Source: Eledone cirrhosa
Lineage: Eukaryota
Reading direction: 5' to 3'
NCBI GenBank assembly: GCA_964016885.1
Contig: OZ024741.1
Location: forward strand, 215,884,001 to 215,948,000
DNA: 64,000 bases
A program made the translations under genes and the position numbers. The stretch's first letter is position 1; every line of letters begins with the position of its first letter. Positions 41,726 through 54,892 of the stretch are shown here, one piece after another. Below the pieces are notes generated by a model. It worked only from the letters and a program-made list of their open reading frames with translations, searched no databases and was not told the origin of the DNA.

Positions 41726-42082
41726 TAACAGGTTAAAGTTTAAGCAAAGAATTGAATTTTAGTCTTCAAATTTATTATTATTACTACATATTACTATATA
41801 TATATCGCCCATGAAATCCACACAGCTAAAGCTGATCGAACTCCCATGTGCTTGTTTTTTCCTATTTTTGCGTTGCTATCCTTCTATGTTTGTTTACTTG
41901 TCTCGCTCGCTTCACGCGATTTACTTGTCCCAATAGCTTTATTTAGCTATTGCTCGCACCAACTGGAGGTATATGATTTTTAAAGCGATGAAATACCAAT
42001 GAAGGTTGAAAAATCACTGATGAAGGACTATTTTTATTATATGTAACCCATGTGCAACCACGCAGTATTCTTCTTTCTCCTC

Positions 42083-42148
<66 letters not shown>

Positions 42149-42155
42149 TATATAT

Positions 42156-42190
<35 letters not shown>

Positions 42191-42745
42191 AAAACAAATA
42201 ACGAAACGAAATTAAATTTCGTTTCGTTTGTAACTCACTTTTGTATGACTGACGCTTAAACAATTAAGTTAAAAATGTACATCCACATATGTATACTGAA
42301 ATACTAGTATGCATATGAATACACACACGTATACATATGTAGATGTACCGAGTTCTTCACTGGTCACTTTACTGTGAGTGTCCAGCTATTCTGTATGTAA
42401 ACACACAGACAAACCGGTTTTTAGAGTCATACTGGTTTTTGAGGAAACACCTTTCCTCTATTCTCCAGAAAGCCAGACAAGGAATATTGAACTAGTTTCG
42501 TTGTTGTTACAACTCATCAGCAATATTTACCTATCTTCCGGCCTTTCTAGAGAATCGTAAAAGCACATATCGTTATATGCTTTTTCTATGAAAATTAGTA
42601 GTGGGCAGACTAATTTGCATAGAGCGTGAGTACGTACCGGTTCAACGGAGACGATAAAAACAAATAACGAAACGAAATTAAATTTCGTTTCGTTTGTAAC
42701 TCACTTTTATATGACTGACGCTTAAACATATATATATATATATAT

Positions 42746-42950
42746 AACGAAGGAAATGTGGTAAGGAACCAGGTGGACCATAACGCACCAAAGTACTCAA
42801 TACTTGAGGTAGTAGAGTGGGTAATAGGAACCAGTAAGACCCCGACAGCTGAGCTCAAGCCGTTTCGACGGCTAATTCTGGACTAAATAGATTTAGTCCA
42901 GAATTAGCCGTCGAAACGGCTTGAGCTCAGCTGTCGGGGTCTTACTGGTT

Positions 42951-42955
<5 letters not shown>
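42746..42955. mobile_element. Fold-back element, MVHLVPY-tail family, perfect arms
   Basis: taggaaccag..gactaaat and its exact inverse; TA flanks. Confidence 0.82.
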
Positions 42956-42991
<36 letters not shown>

Positions 42992-43059
42992 ATGTATGTA
43001 TGTATGTATGTATGTATGTATGTATGTATGTATGTATGTATGTATGTATGTATGTATGT

Positions 43060-43292
43060 CATATAGTGAGACCAGTGGTTGACTACCAGGCTGCTGTTGG
43101 AGATGCTACTCATCATGCCTGCCAAGCATATGGTAGAGAATGTAAATCAGCAGGAGGGCTCAAGCGACATGCAAAAGTACATGAACTCCAACCACACCCA
43201 GCTATTGCCTGTGAATGTTTTGGTTGCCAAAACTGTGCAAGACATTTTAGATCATTAGCTGGGTAAAAAGCCACATTCGATCGCAGCACTGT
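43060..43292 (+). pseudogene. C-terminal C2H2 zinc-finger fragment, probably from a LINE
   Basis: HACQAYGRECKSAGGLKRHAKVH and GCQNCARHFRSLAG*KSHIRSQH; abuts (ATGT)n. Confidence 0.55.
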
Positions 43293-43394
43293 TAATTGTT
43301 ATCGTTTGTATGTGTGTGTGTGTGTGTGTATGTATCTGTATATGTGTATATACGTGGGTGCATGTGTATGTATACGCGCGGGGACAGAGAAATA

Positions 43395-43730
43395 GTCGGG
43401 CTGGACACCCGATCGCGCGGTTAAACCACTGGGATTGAAGAACCCCTAGACTTTGTCAGGGCATTCTTCTAGGAGAAGGCAACTTAGGAAACTGGGATAA
43501 CTCCGATATAAAATCTGCGGCTCAGTAGTTACCGATGATGTTGATCTTTTCTTCTTTTCGGGTTATAGCTACTGTCGCTCAGAGAGTGGGATTGGCTCAG
43601 TGCACAGTCTTTCCTCACTTTAACAAATACCTTTACACACAGGCATTGCACGATAGAATTAATTAATAATTATTAATAATGGTATATTGTGCAATGGCCA
43701 TACTCGATAACGAGGGGGCAGCCATCATAT
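43395..43730 (+). mobile_element. RTE-associated SINE-like repeat ending ggccatactcgataacgag..gccatcat
   Basis: Related copies at 35315-35600 (-), 44092-44130 and 44270-44695; the last two are followed by long (ATGT)n tails. Confidence 0.6.
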
Positions 43731-44850
43731 AGATATGTATATGTGTGTGTGTACATATATATTTTATTATTATTATTATTCTTTTCATTTTCTTTCATTA
43801 TTGTTTCTGAGATATATGCCGATTGTCTTCTTGACACCTAGGGCAAATAAATTCACAGTGTGCATTGGTAAGCCAGTTAATACAGTACATTGATTATAAT
43901 TTAAAAAAAAAAAGAAAAAAACAGTATAGATATATACACATATGCATATGCATATGTAAATACAAGCAGGGATATCAATCTTACAGAGATAGTGCTCTTC
44001 TCAATACGTGTGCAGTACCAGTCAAAACAATTTTTTGCACCTCGTGCATAGAGGGTAAACCGTCGTTATTATGTTTTTTTTTGTTTTTTTCGTGCAATGG
44101 CCATACTCAATAACGAGGGAGAAGTCATCATGTATGTATGTATGTATGTATGTATGTATGTATGTATGTATGTATGTATGTATGTATGTATGTATGTATG
44201 TATGTATGTATGTATGGGAAAAGGGAAAAGGGAAAAGGGCAAAAGGGCAAAGGAGCTCTTAAGAGTCAATGGCCATCCAAAATCACCGGGAGAGATGACC
44301 CCTTAGCCTTTGTCAAGGCAGAATTCTAGGAGAAGGAAAGCTCTGATATAACACCTGCAACTCTGATGGTATCCAATGATGTTGACATGTTCTTCTTTTT
44401 GGTAAATATCATCTTGGTTAAGAGAGTGGGACTGGCTTTGTGCAATGCCTTTGCTCACTATAAAAGCTTCACGGCACAGGCATTGCTTTATATCTGGAGA
44501 TCTCTCTGCACTTGTCGTCACATGCTACCATGGGCCCAGCACTATGTGTCAATAATTGTCACAAGTGTAGTGTTTGTACCAGAGTTTTCAACTGGCTGGA
44601 CTAAAAAGTCACACTCGTTCAGCGCATCGGTAGGAGTTCTCCTACATGGATATAAAGTAGTGGCCGTACTCGAAAACGAGTTGGCAGCCATCATGTATGT
44701 ATGTATGTATGTATGTATGTATGTATGTATGTATGTATGTATGTATGTATGTATGTATGTATGTATGTATGTATACGGTAAATATTGATGCAATTCTATT
44801 CAAGCACTCTACGTACTTTCCGCCATAGGAATGACGGAGTATATTTAGAA

Positions 44851-45154
44851 TAAGAAAATGCGAAGTAGTTTCAGATGTTAAAGACCTTTATCGATAAGGC
44901 TGACGTTCTCGAGGCAATCCAAATTAAAACGACAAGGGAACGAACAAAGATGATGTTTTTGAAGCCTTCGCCTTTTCCCTTGTCGTTTTAATTTGCATTA
45001 CCTTGAGAAGGTCACCTTATTATGTAATAGAGCTGTCTGATGAGATCATGACACTGATTAGGCGGAATCGCGTGGCCACTGTCATCATGGAAATGTGTAT
45101 GACAGCCTTATCAATAAAGGTCTTTAACATCTACAACTAATTCGCATTTTCTTA
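44851..45154. mobile_element. Fold-back remnant with a degenerate HHR (45032-45106) in the right arm only
   Basis: Inverted arms taagaaaatgcgaa.. / ..ttcgcattttctta; GCUGU-CUGAUGA-..-GAAA-UGUGUA-UG-ACAGC. Confidence 0.65.
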
Positions 45155-46746
45155 TCCTATATTATATATATATATATATATATATAGTTTTCGTAGTGTC
45201 CGGCTACCCAATTTTACTCACAAAACATTGATTAACTCGAGGCTACAGTAGAAGACACATGCCCAAAGTCCTACTGAGTGAAACTCTACCCGAAGCCATG
45301 TGGTTATGAAACGAATTCGTAGGTCACCACACAGCCATATTACACCATCGAACACACACAGAGACAAACATACACTGAAACACCCAAACACACCCAAACA
45401 CACGCAAAGCCACACAAACTCACTCAGAAACTCGCACGCAGAATCTTTTGTGAGCCTATAGCGTCTGACACACAGATGCATCTAAATCACTTAACTAGAA
45501 TATAATCGTTTCGTTTTCATACGAGAGTATCCGTAATGTTTTATTTGTATTAATAAGAAGAATGGAAATTAGATACTTACCTTATGTTAACAACAAAAGC
45601 TTTTATCTAACAATTCTAACCTTTTTCGTCATTAGATTAACATCACATAATACTGTCCATCTCACTGATCACTCTTTTCATTATGTATTTAATTATTTTC
45701 TAAATAGGTCTTCATATTGTCTACCGGATAGTGGACGTTGTTAAAACGAATCTCTGCATACTTGAAAAATGTGTATCGTTTAATACGATTGATGAAAACT
45801 GCAAATAACCGCCATCTTGGATGCTGGTTATCTGATACAATAGAACGTTGAGTAATTATAGTCCGATGTTCTTGAAAATGTAGGGTCCGCAAATATAAAT
45901 CATGAAAATCACTGATAGAGTGAAATGTATTTATTTGAGAGATAAAGTAACAAAACAAAAATATATTAAATTGAAATAAAATAAAAATAAAAAATAAAAT
46001 AAAATAAAAAATTACTGGAGAAAGAGAAGAAAAAAATAATGTAAATGTAAATATTGGAGGTGTATCGAATAATCTCTATTGCTACGTAACTTAATCGAAT
46101 CGATCAACATTAGATGACACGTGGATGTCATTGTAAAATAGCTGCTGTTCACATACTATTCAACTTGTGTAATTGTCGTTTAATATTTTGTTGTTTTGTT
46201 TGGTTTTCGCTATTTTTGTTTTATTTGTTGTTGTTGTTGTTTTAAATCGATATAAGACGTCGTCCATTTTCACTAATGTTGTTATTAATACTATACCTGA
46301 ACCTACATATGGTTAACAGCAAGTTCGAGGTTTACATTACGCAAGAGATGATCCTAACTTTAAAGTGTATATATAACGTGAGACACAACGTTCAATAAAG
46401 TAGTCAATACATTATTAATGAATGCACAGGCTGCTGAGTCTATTTAGCCCACAGTCGGCGTGGATGATCGTTGACTCAGTGGAGGTGATCCGCCCATAGA
46501 TAGCTGTTGTTTTTGTGCCCCTGGGATTCCACTTAACATCCTCACCAGACTAGGTTCTGGTGAAGATGCCGGTTTAGTCACCGACCAGCCAACCAGGTGG
46601 TACTGGGGTGAATTTTACCAGTAGCAAGCAGAGACATGAGCTGACATAATATATATATATATAGTAAGTACAGTATATACATATGGTAAGTACAGTGAAT
46701 TTTTTAAAATTTATTTTAAAATGTGTTCTATACTTACATTCCCTTG

Positions 46747-46777
<31 letters not shown>

Positions 46778-47262
46778 CTAGGGCGGGTAAAATTCCCGAG
46801 ATCCATGGACGAGTTCTCTCCAGCGGTCTCTGTCCCTCATTATCACTGCCATGTCCTGCGTCTCCAACAGACCAGTGTCTGTCCTTAGGGCATCAACATA
46901 TGTTAATCTCGGTCTTCCACTTCCAGTGTGTCCATACAGGGTCTCCCACAGGAGCACTGAGTGCAGTGTCAACTCTGAATATCGGTGAGCATGTTCATCT
47001 AACGTCAGTCTCCTCTGTGCTACTCTCGAGCTGGCGTTCGGGCGGCTCCCGTACAGCTCTGAGTTTTTCATCCTCAGTGTATATTGATTAATGTTCAGAG
47101 CCATCCTCACCATTCTTGTGTAGCACCCATCCACCATCTGAGTGAGTTTCTTGGTCAGTGTCCAACTCTCAGACCCGTACAGCAGCACAGACTCCGCTAC
47201 AGCAATGAAGAGACGGATCCTCAGGTCTTTACGAAGGTCCGACTTCCATACTTCTATGTTTA
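46778..47262 (-). pseudogene. RTE-clade LINE 3' fragment
   Basis: LLYGSESWTLTK..DGCYTRMVRMALNI..GRPRLTYVD..MRDRDRWR. Confidence 0.85.
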
Positions 47263-47401
47263 TATATTGAGAGCTTTTTAATTATTGATTACAACCCTGA
47301 TTCCAGGAAAAATCTAGCAACAGTCGATTGCAAGAAATAATAGATTAGAAAATTAGGTACAATACACTGATGGACAGAAAGGTTTGGCCAACACCATAGA
47401 A

Positions 47402-47448
<47 letters not shown>

Positions 47449-47891
47449 GAGGGGGCTTCGAAAGGTTCGTGGAAAAAGTACATAGTTAAACATCATATGC
47501 AGTGATTTTGCTCTATGCTCCTGTACGTTCTCGTACTAATGTGTCATGAAATGTTCTAGCATAACCCTTAAATTTATGTTACAACGTGGCGCCGCCATTC
47601 CGAAGTCATCACCCACTCGAGCAATATGGCCTCCATCAACACATAAGCGTCTAGATACATATAAATGTGTCCTTTAATTACAGTTTTTGCACAATGAGAG
47701 AGTTAACTAAATCATTAAACATTTAATAATGAGTAAAATAAAATACTTACGACAAGAAATCTGCCTCAAAATACTTCGTGATACTTACAGCAGACAATTT
47801 TATATACATACACACATGCATACATATATATGCATACATATATATATATAATTTTATATACATACACACATGCATACATATATATATATAT

Positions 47892-48155
47892 ATCGTTTTT
47901 GTATTTCCTTGGCAAGATACTTGATGTGGAATGGTTTCTCAAAAGAGATATTGTTATACATTAGAAAGGTCATGCTGCCAATATAAACAACCACCTGAGT
48001 TTTAATAATTAATAATCAGTCGTCTGTTGGTTAAACAACTTAACTGCTGAAGGGCTTAGTTACCTGATTAATAATAAAAACTGAAGCGAAACTCAACTGG
48101 TGTGATTGTTTTTATTGGCAGTATGATACCACAACCTGTGCAACTATAACAATAT
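47892..48155. mobile_element. Diverged relative of the lineage D terminus, fold-back
   Basis: Same two ends (atcgttt.. and ..tataacaatat); minus-strand peptide MTFLMYNNISFEKPFHIKYLAKEIQKR. Confidence 0.7.
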
Positions 48156-48297
48156 AAACACACTACGTACATATATAGCTACATGCATACTTGTATACAT
48201 ACATACTTGTATACATACATACAACCACATATACATATACACATCCATACATACACACAAACACACACATACACACATACACATAAATATATGTATG

Positions 48298-48393
<96 letters not shown>

Positions 48394-48416
48394 AAGAGAG
48401 TGGGATATATATATAT

Positions 48417-49262
48417 ACTAGCAGAATGGCCCGGCGTTGCTCGGGATTCTAAACATAGATTGGCATGTTTACCCCTCCTTTCTGAAACACTTTCGTCGTA
48501 GCTTCACCAATTGATGCAGAAGTCCTAATAAAAAGTGAAGTCGCCTTGGGTGAATAGGCAAATCCTTTTCCATTAAGATTTTTTAAAAGTATGTAATTGC
48601 GTTCCCTCTCGTTTTTGTTGTTGTTTTTGCTGCTGATGGTGTGATAGCAGCCGTTGGTCGTACTACTAACACAGTCTCGTTCTTCTTCAGCCAATCGTGT
48701 ATATCCCCTTCTGCCTCATCAGCAATGAGAACAATATTTGCTCTAGGGTTCTTATATATTTGATATATATTTTCCTTATCGAGCCTCGTGAAAAAAATAC
48801 GTTTCTTTATATATTGTTATTGTGTATGCAAAAGTATCTGTACACGAATATATAATTATATATATATATATATATTAAAATAACAGATTAAAGTTTAAGC
48901 AAAGAATCGCTGCTTTCACCCATAACGGGATCTTCTGAAGCTAAAAAAATCAATCTGTGAACGCAGAAGTAAATATTTCGAAAAACGTTACACACTATAT
49001 ATATATACAGACACTATATATACATATATACACACACACACAGATAGTGTCATAGTGTCGTAATGCAGACGGTCAGACATACAGACATATATTATAAGGG
49101 CGTGACGTTATAGCTATCTAATGCGGTCTCTAGGGCATTGAAAATTTGAAATATCTTTTGGTCAAAGCACTCACACGACCATAAGTATTACATGTTTAAA
49201 GGTTGAAAAAAATCGGTTGGGTGGTTCTCGAGTTTTAGGGAGTCAGACAGACAGACATTCTC

Positions 49263-49272
<10 letters not shown>
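48417..49272 (-). mobile_element. Non-autonomous Helitron-like element containing a CAGAAGA hammerhead module (48892-48942)
   Basis: Left end actagcagaatggcccggcgttgctcggg reads as hairpin+CTAG on minus; the right part matches 20400-20650. Confidence 0.6.
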
Positions 49273-50300
<1,028 letters not shown>

Positions 50301-50434
50301 GAATAGAGAGAGAGAGAGACTGCGGTGCTGAGATCGGGTAAACCACTAATTGTGGAAGTACTGAATACATGGGAAGATGAAGAGTGTGTATAAAAAAGGT
50401 AAAAATCCTGCCCTGGTGTCGGGACTTTACATAG

Positions 50435-50488
<54 letters not shown>

Positions 50489-50500
50489 AGAGAGAGAGAG

Positions 50501-50567
<67 letters not shown>

Positions 50568-50784
50568 GGGAGAGATTGGGAGTTACCAGTTTAGACTAGA
50601 AAACCATGTTCAGCTAAGTACATGATACTTAGAAAAGTAGAGTGTATGGGCACTAAATAACTATATATATATATATACATACATACACACACACACATAC
50701 ACACACATATATATATATATATATATATCGTTTCTGAATTTGTTTAGCAACATGACCCTCCCAAAGTATAACAATATATATATA

Positions 50785-50842
<58 letters not shown>

Positions 50843-50847
50843 TACAG

Positions 50848-50948
<101 letters not shown>

Positions 50949-51296
50949 TAACTGATTGTATATACATTGTCTCAGTATCTCTGTGTAGTTTATTTCATTT
51001 TCCTTTATGTTATTGTCGTTTCTCAGAACGAAATATATATGTATGTCATCATAATATTTTTGCTGATCGATAACTGTCAGTTGTTTTTGAAAGCCTCTGT
51101 CGTTTTTTTATGTCTTAATCCCATTATATTTTACTTCCCTTTGAAGAATGTTCGCTGATTAGTATCATAGAATTCCTCTCTATTCCACCATTTTAATTTT
51201 TTTGTTTTAATAACAATTCTTTCTATAGCGTGACTAAAACTATTAATCTATCTTTAGCTAAATTTGTTCTATTATATATTATCATTATTATTATTA

Positions 51297-51391
<95 letters not shown>

Positions 51392-51778
51392 GTTGTTGTT
51401 GTTATTATTATTATCCATTATTTAGTCGACTTGAAACAAAGAACAAAAAATGGTTTTTAATATAATATTTTGTTAGAAATATGAAGTCAACAAAATAGAC
51501 TGACGTGCTGGCAGACTTTCACACCTTGCGACAGAGAGACAAGAACTAGATATATTCTATTTAGTTTAAATACACAGTATTGTGTGTTTTAAATCAACCC
51601 TATATATTTCTATGTTCTAAAGGGACCAATCTTTGTTGATTCTATATATTTCCATGCTCTAAGGGACCAATGTTTAATGAGCAAGACATTATACGTATCC
51701 ATTCGACAAAAAGCAGCTAAATCCGGGGCCGAAACCTTAAATGTCTGAAGACGAATTCCAGCATGTAGATCACTATAC

Positions 51779-51874
<96 letters not shown>

Positions 51875-52786
51875 AGGAAGTGTAACGTGAAATTACAAGA
51901 AGGCACTCGATGTTTAGGTTCACGTATGTAGCGAGGTGTAGAGCTAAACAGAGTGTAACATAAGGACGATTTGTTAAGCCTTCATTACGTTTATTGATTT
52001 CGCTATTCATCAGCTCAAGGTTCGATCTGTATAGATCTGGCCCGACTCTGGAATCAAAAGCTCGTCGGATCTCTGTAGTAGTTATGGCAGATATAAAATA
52101 AGTTTATGGGGTTCACTGCTAGTACCTGTTGCATCTCAGCATACTCAATAGGTAATGTTATGTAAAATCCCAGAGTAGACACATAGTTATTCGTTTCAGT
52201 ACAACACACATAAATGGGTACCTTCAGTCTATATTGCTACTCGTGTTTCACTCTCTGCATTTATTATGCAGCAATACACAATAACCAATCGATCGAATTC
52301 GATTCCAATCCGTGTCGGCTATGACAGTGAATGTGATGGTCAAGACAGTAAAAAATTTGCAACTGAAATCCCTACGCTTCACCACAATGCCGTCAGCTGA
52401 TTGGCTACTGGTTCAGAAATTTACATGACAGTAGGAGACGAAATTCAAACAGTTACCCCTCACGCCATAAGCACTCAGCCAACTTATCTCAAAAACAAAT
52501 TAACAAGTTATTGAAAAATCGGTTATTAGAGAAAATAAGGTTCCAATAGACGTACACTAGAATGGTAGCATTCGGCTCCAGTCTCCAAGTACCATGGCGA
52601 GAAATAGTGTGACAGTAAGAATGGTAGTGCCTAAAACCTTTCCGGGCATTAAATGCCAACAGGCGATTATAGAATGATATAGAGTTAGCGCGTTGGTTAG
52701 AGTCTGAATTGTAGATATTTCGACCAACCACGTGCATAAACTGGTCAATTTCACAAGTTGCACGATTCAATAGGTGAGTGAGAGAG

Positions 52787-52891
<105 letters not shown>

Positions 52892-52921
52892 TGTGTGTGA
52901 GTGGTGTGAGTGGTGTGAGTG

Positions 52922-52960
<39 letters not shown>

Positions 52961-53117
52961 TATGTGTGCGTGCGTGCGTGCGTGCGTGTGTGTCTCTGTG
53001 TGTGTGCACATATATACATAAGTGTCTCTGTGTGTGAATGCTTTTCTCCAAAGAAATATTTTCCAATCCTTCTTCTTATTCTCTATCTTTCTATTACATT
53101 TTTATTTTTTCATATTA

Positions 53118-53153
53118 GCTTCTGATGAAGGACGTGCATCCGAAACGTAAAGT
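53118..53153 (+). ncRNA. Canonical minimal hammerhead
   Basis: GCUU-CUGAUGA-A-GGA(CGUGCA)UCC-GAAA-CG-UA-AAGU. Confidence 0.8.
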
Positions 53154-53243
53154 CTCTTTTCCTACTGAATCATGCGTTAAACTAACATATTTCTTCACTG
53201 TACTGTATTCTTTGCTCTGTAATCTCCGTTTACGTGTTGCAAA

Positions 53244-53277
<34 letters not shown>

Positions 53278-53952
53278 CCTCTCTCTCTCACTCTATCTAT
53301 CTATCTATCTATCTATCTGTCTATCTCCCCCTCTCCCTCTCTTTCTTTCTCTCAATATATATATATATGTATATATATATACATATATATGTTTATCCCG
53401 GGTCCAATCGGGGGTAACCACATTTAGTAAGGTACTCAATGCATAGCAGAGTATACGTAGCAGACTCTCCTGGTGATTTCTTCCGAATGAAATAGTTCCA
53501 GTCCTGTAGAAGCCATGTCTATATTAAATATATATATATATATATATAAAACACCCAATGACATGACATTCTTATAAAATAGAGAGCAATTATTTCATAG
53601 TCTAAAAGAAACCAATATATCGTTATTTCTTATCTCTCGCAGTCACGTGGTTTCGATTTCCGACACAAGTATTATTTTCTGTTACGTTGCCAATAATTAT
53701 ATTCCTGCGTGTTATAGAATATAGAGCATAGTTTCTGTTTTTGGTCAATAGAAATATTTCCTTGTCACTTTTTTTATTCTTTTATATATATAAAAATGGC
53801 GAAGCTAATAATGTTAAAAGAAGACAAATATCAGCAACCCTCAACATCACAATTTCGTCTTTTAAAATCTTATAAAATATATGGCATCTGTACTCAATTG
53901 AAAAGAAACTCATACGCTCACACACATACTCACAACAGAGACACGGAGACAG

Positions 53953-54083
<131 letters not shown>

Positions 54084-54328
54084 GGCTGACGCTTCATATC
54101 TATATATTCGTCCAGTGTTATGCAGCAGATAACGTTTTATTGCATATCGAACGTTATATATGTTTCACAGATGATTGGCTCGAGGTTTTAACCGAAGTGG
54201 TAAACCTGACTCCAATAACGACCAGCTTATTAGACGTATGGTCGTGTGCTCATATTAGTGCCACCTCCATTAATCAACAAACTTATAGAATGACCTATAC
54301 CACTCGTCCAGTCTGTATATACTATATA

Positions 54329-54403
<75 letters not shown>

Positions 54404-54542
54404 ATACTTTGGGAGGGTCATGTTGCCAATAAGAAACACACGCACCAGTTGCTTTCACTTCAATATAATTTATTAAATATTTATAAATTTCTGGTTGGTT
54501 GGTTGGTTGGTTCCACAACCTGATAGTTGTTTATATATATAT

Positions 54543-54587
54543 AGTCATAGTTCTTTCGTCACACACTCTGTGACCTCTTCAGTGACT
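54543..54587 (-). ncRNA. Minimal hammerhead, lineage D (inverted arm)
   Basis: Exact mirror of 61680-61724. Confidence 0.8.
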
Positions 54588-54892
54588 GGGGATTTATTTC
54601 TTCGTTTCTGTGCCTTTCCTTTCTTCTATCCTACGCCATTTTGTTTGTGTGTGGGTTGCGTGCTCAGTTTGCGCATGCGCCACATCCGGGTGTCTGTGTG
54701 TGTTTGTGTTCATTTTTCTATTTTTCTATTTATATTTTTCTATTTGTTTGTTTATTTATTTATTTATTGTTGGTTGGTTGTTTGTTCTATGTGTCTGTGT
54801 GTTTTCATTTTGTCTTGTGTGTGTTTTCATTTTGTGTGTGTTTTCAATTGTAAGTTGTTTGTTCTATGTGTGTGTGTGTTTTCATTTTGTCC

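Noticed and set aside
51990-52020. CUGAUGA...GAAA on the minus strand (also CUGAUGA at ~42017)
   Set aside because: No pairable stem II or stem I, so not counted as a hammerhead
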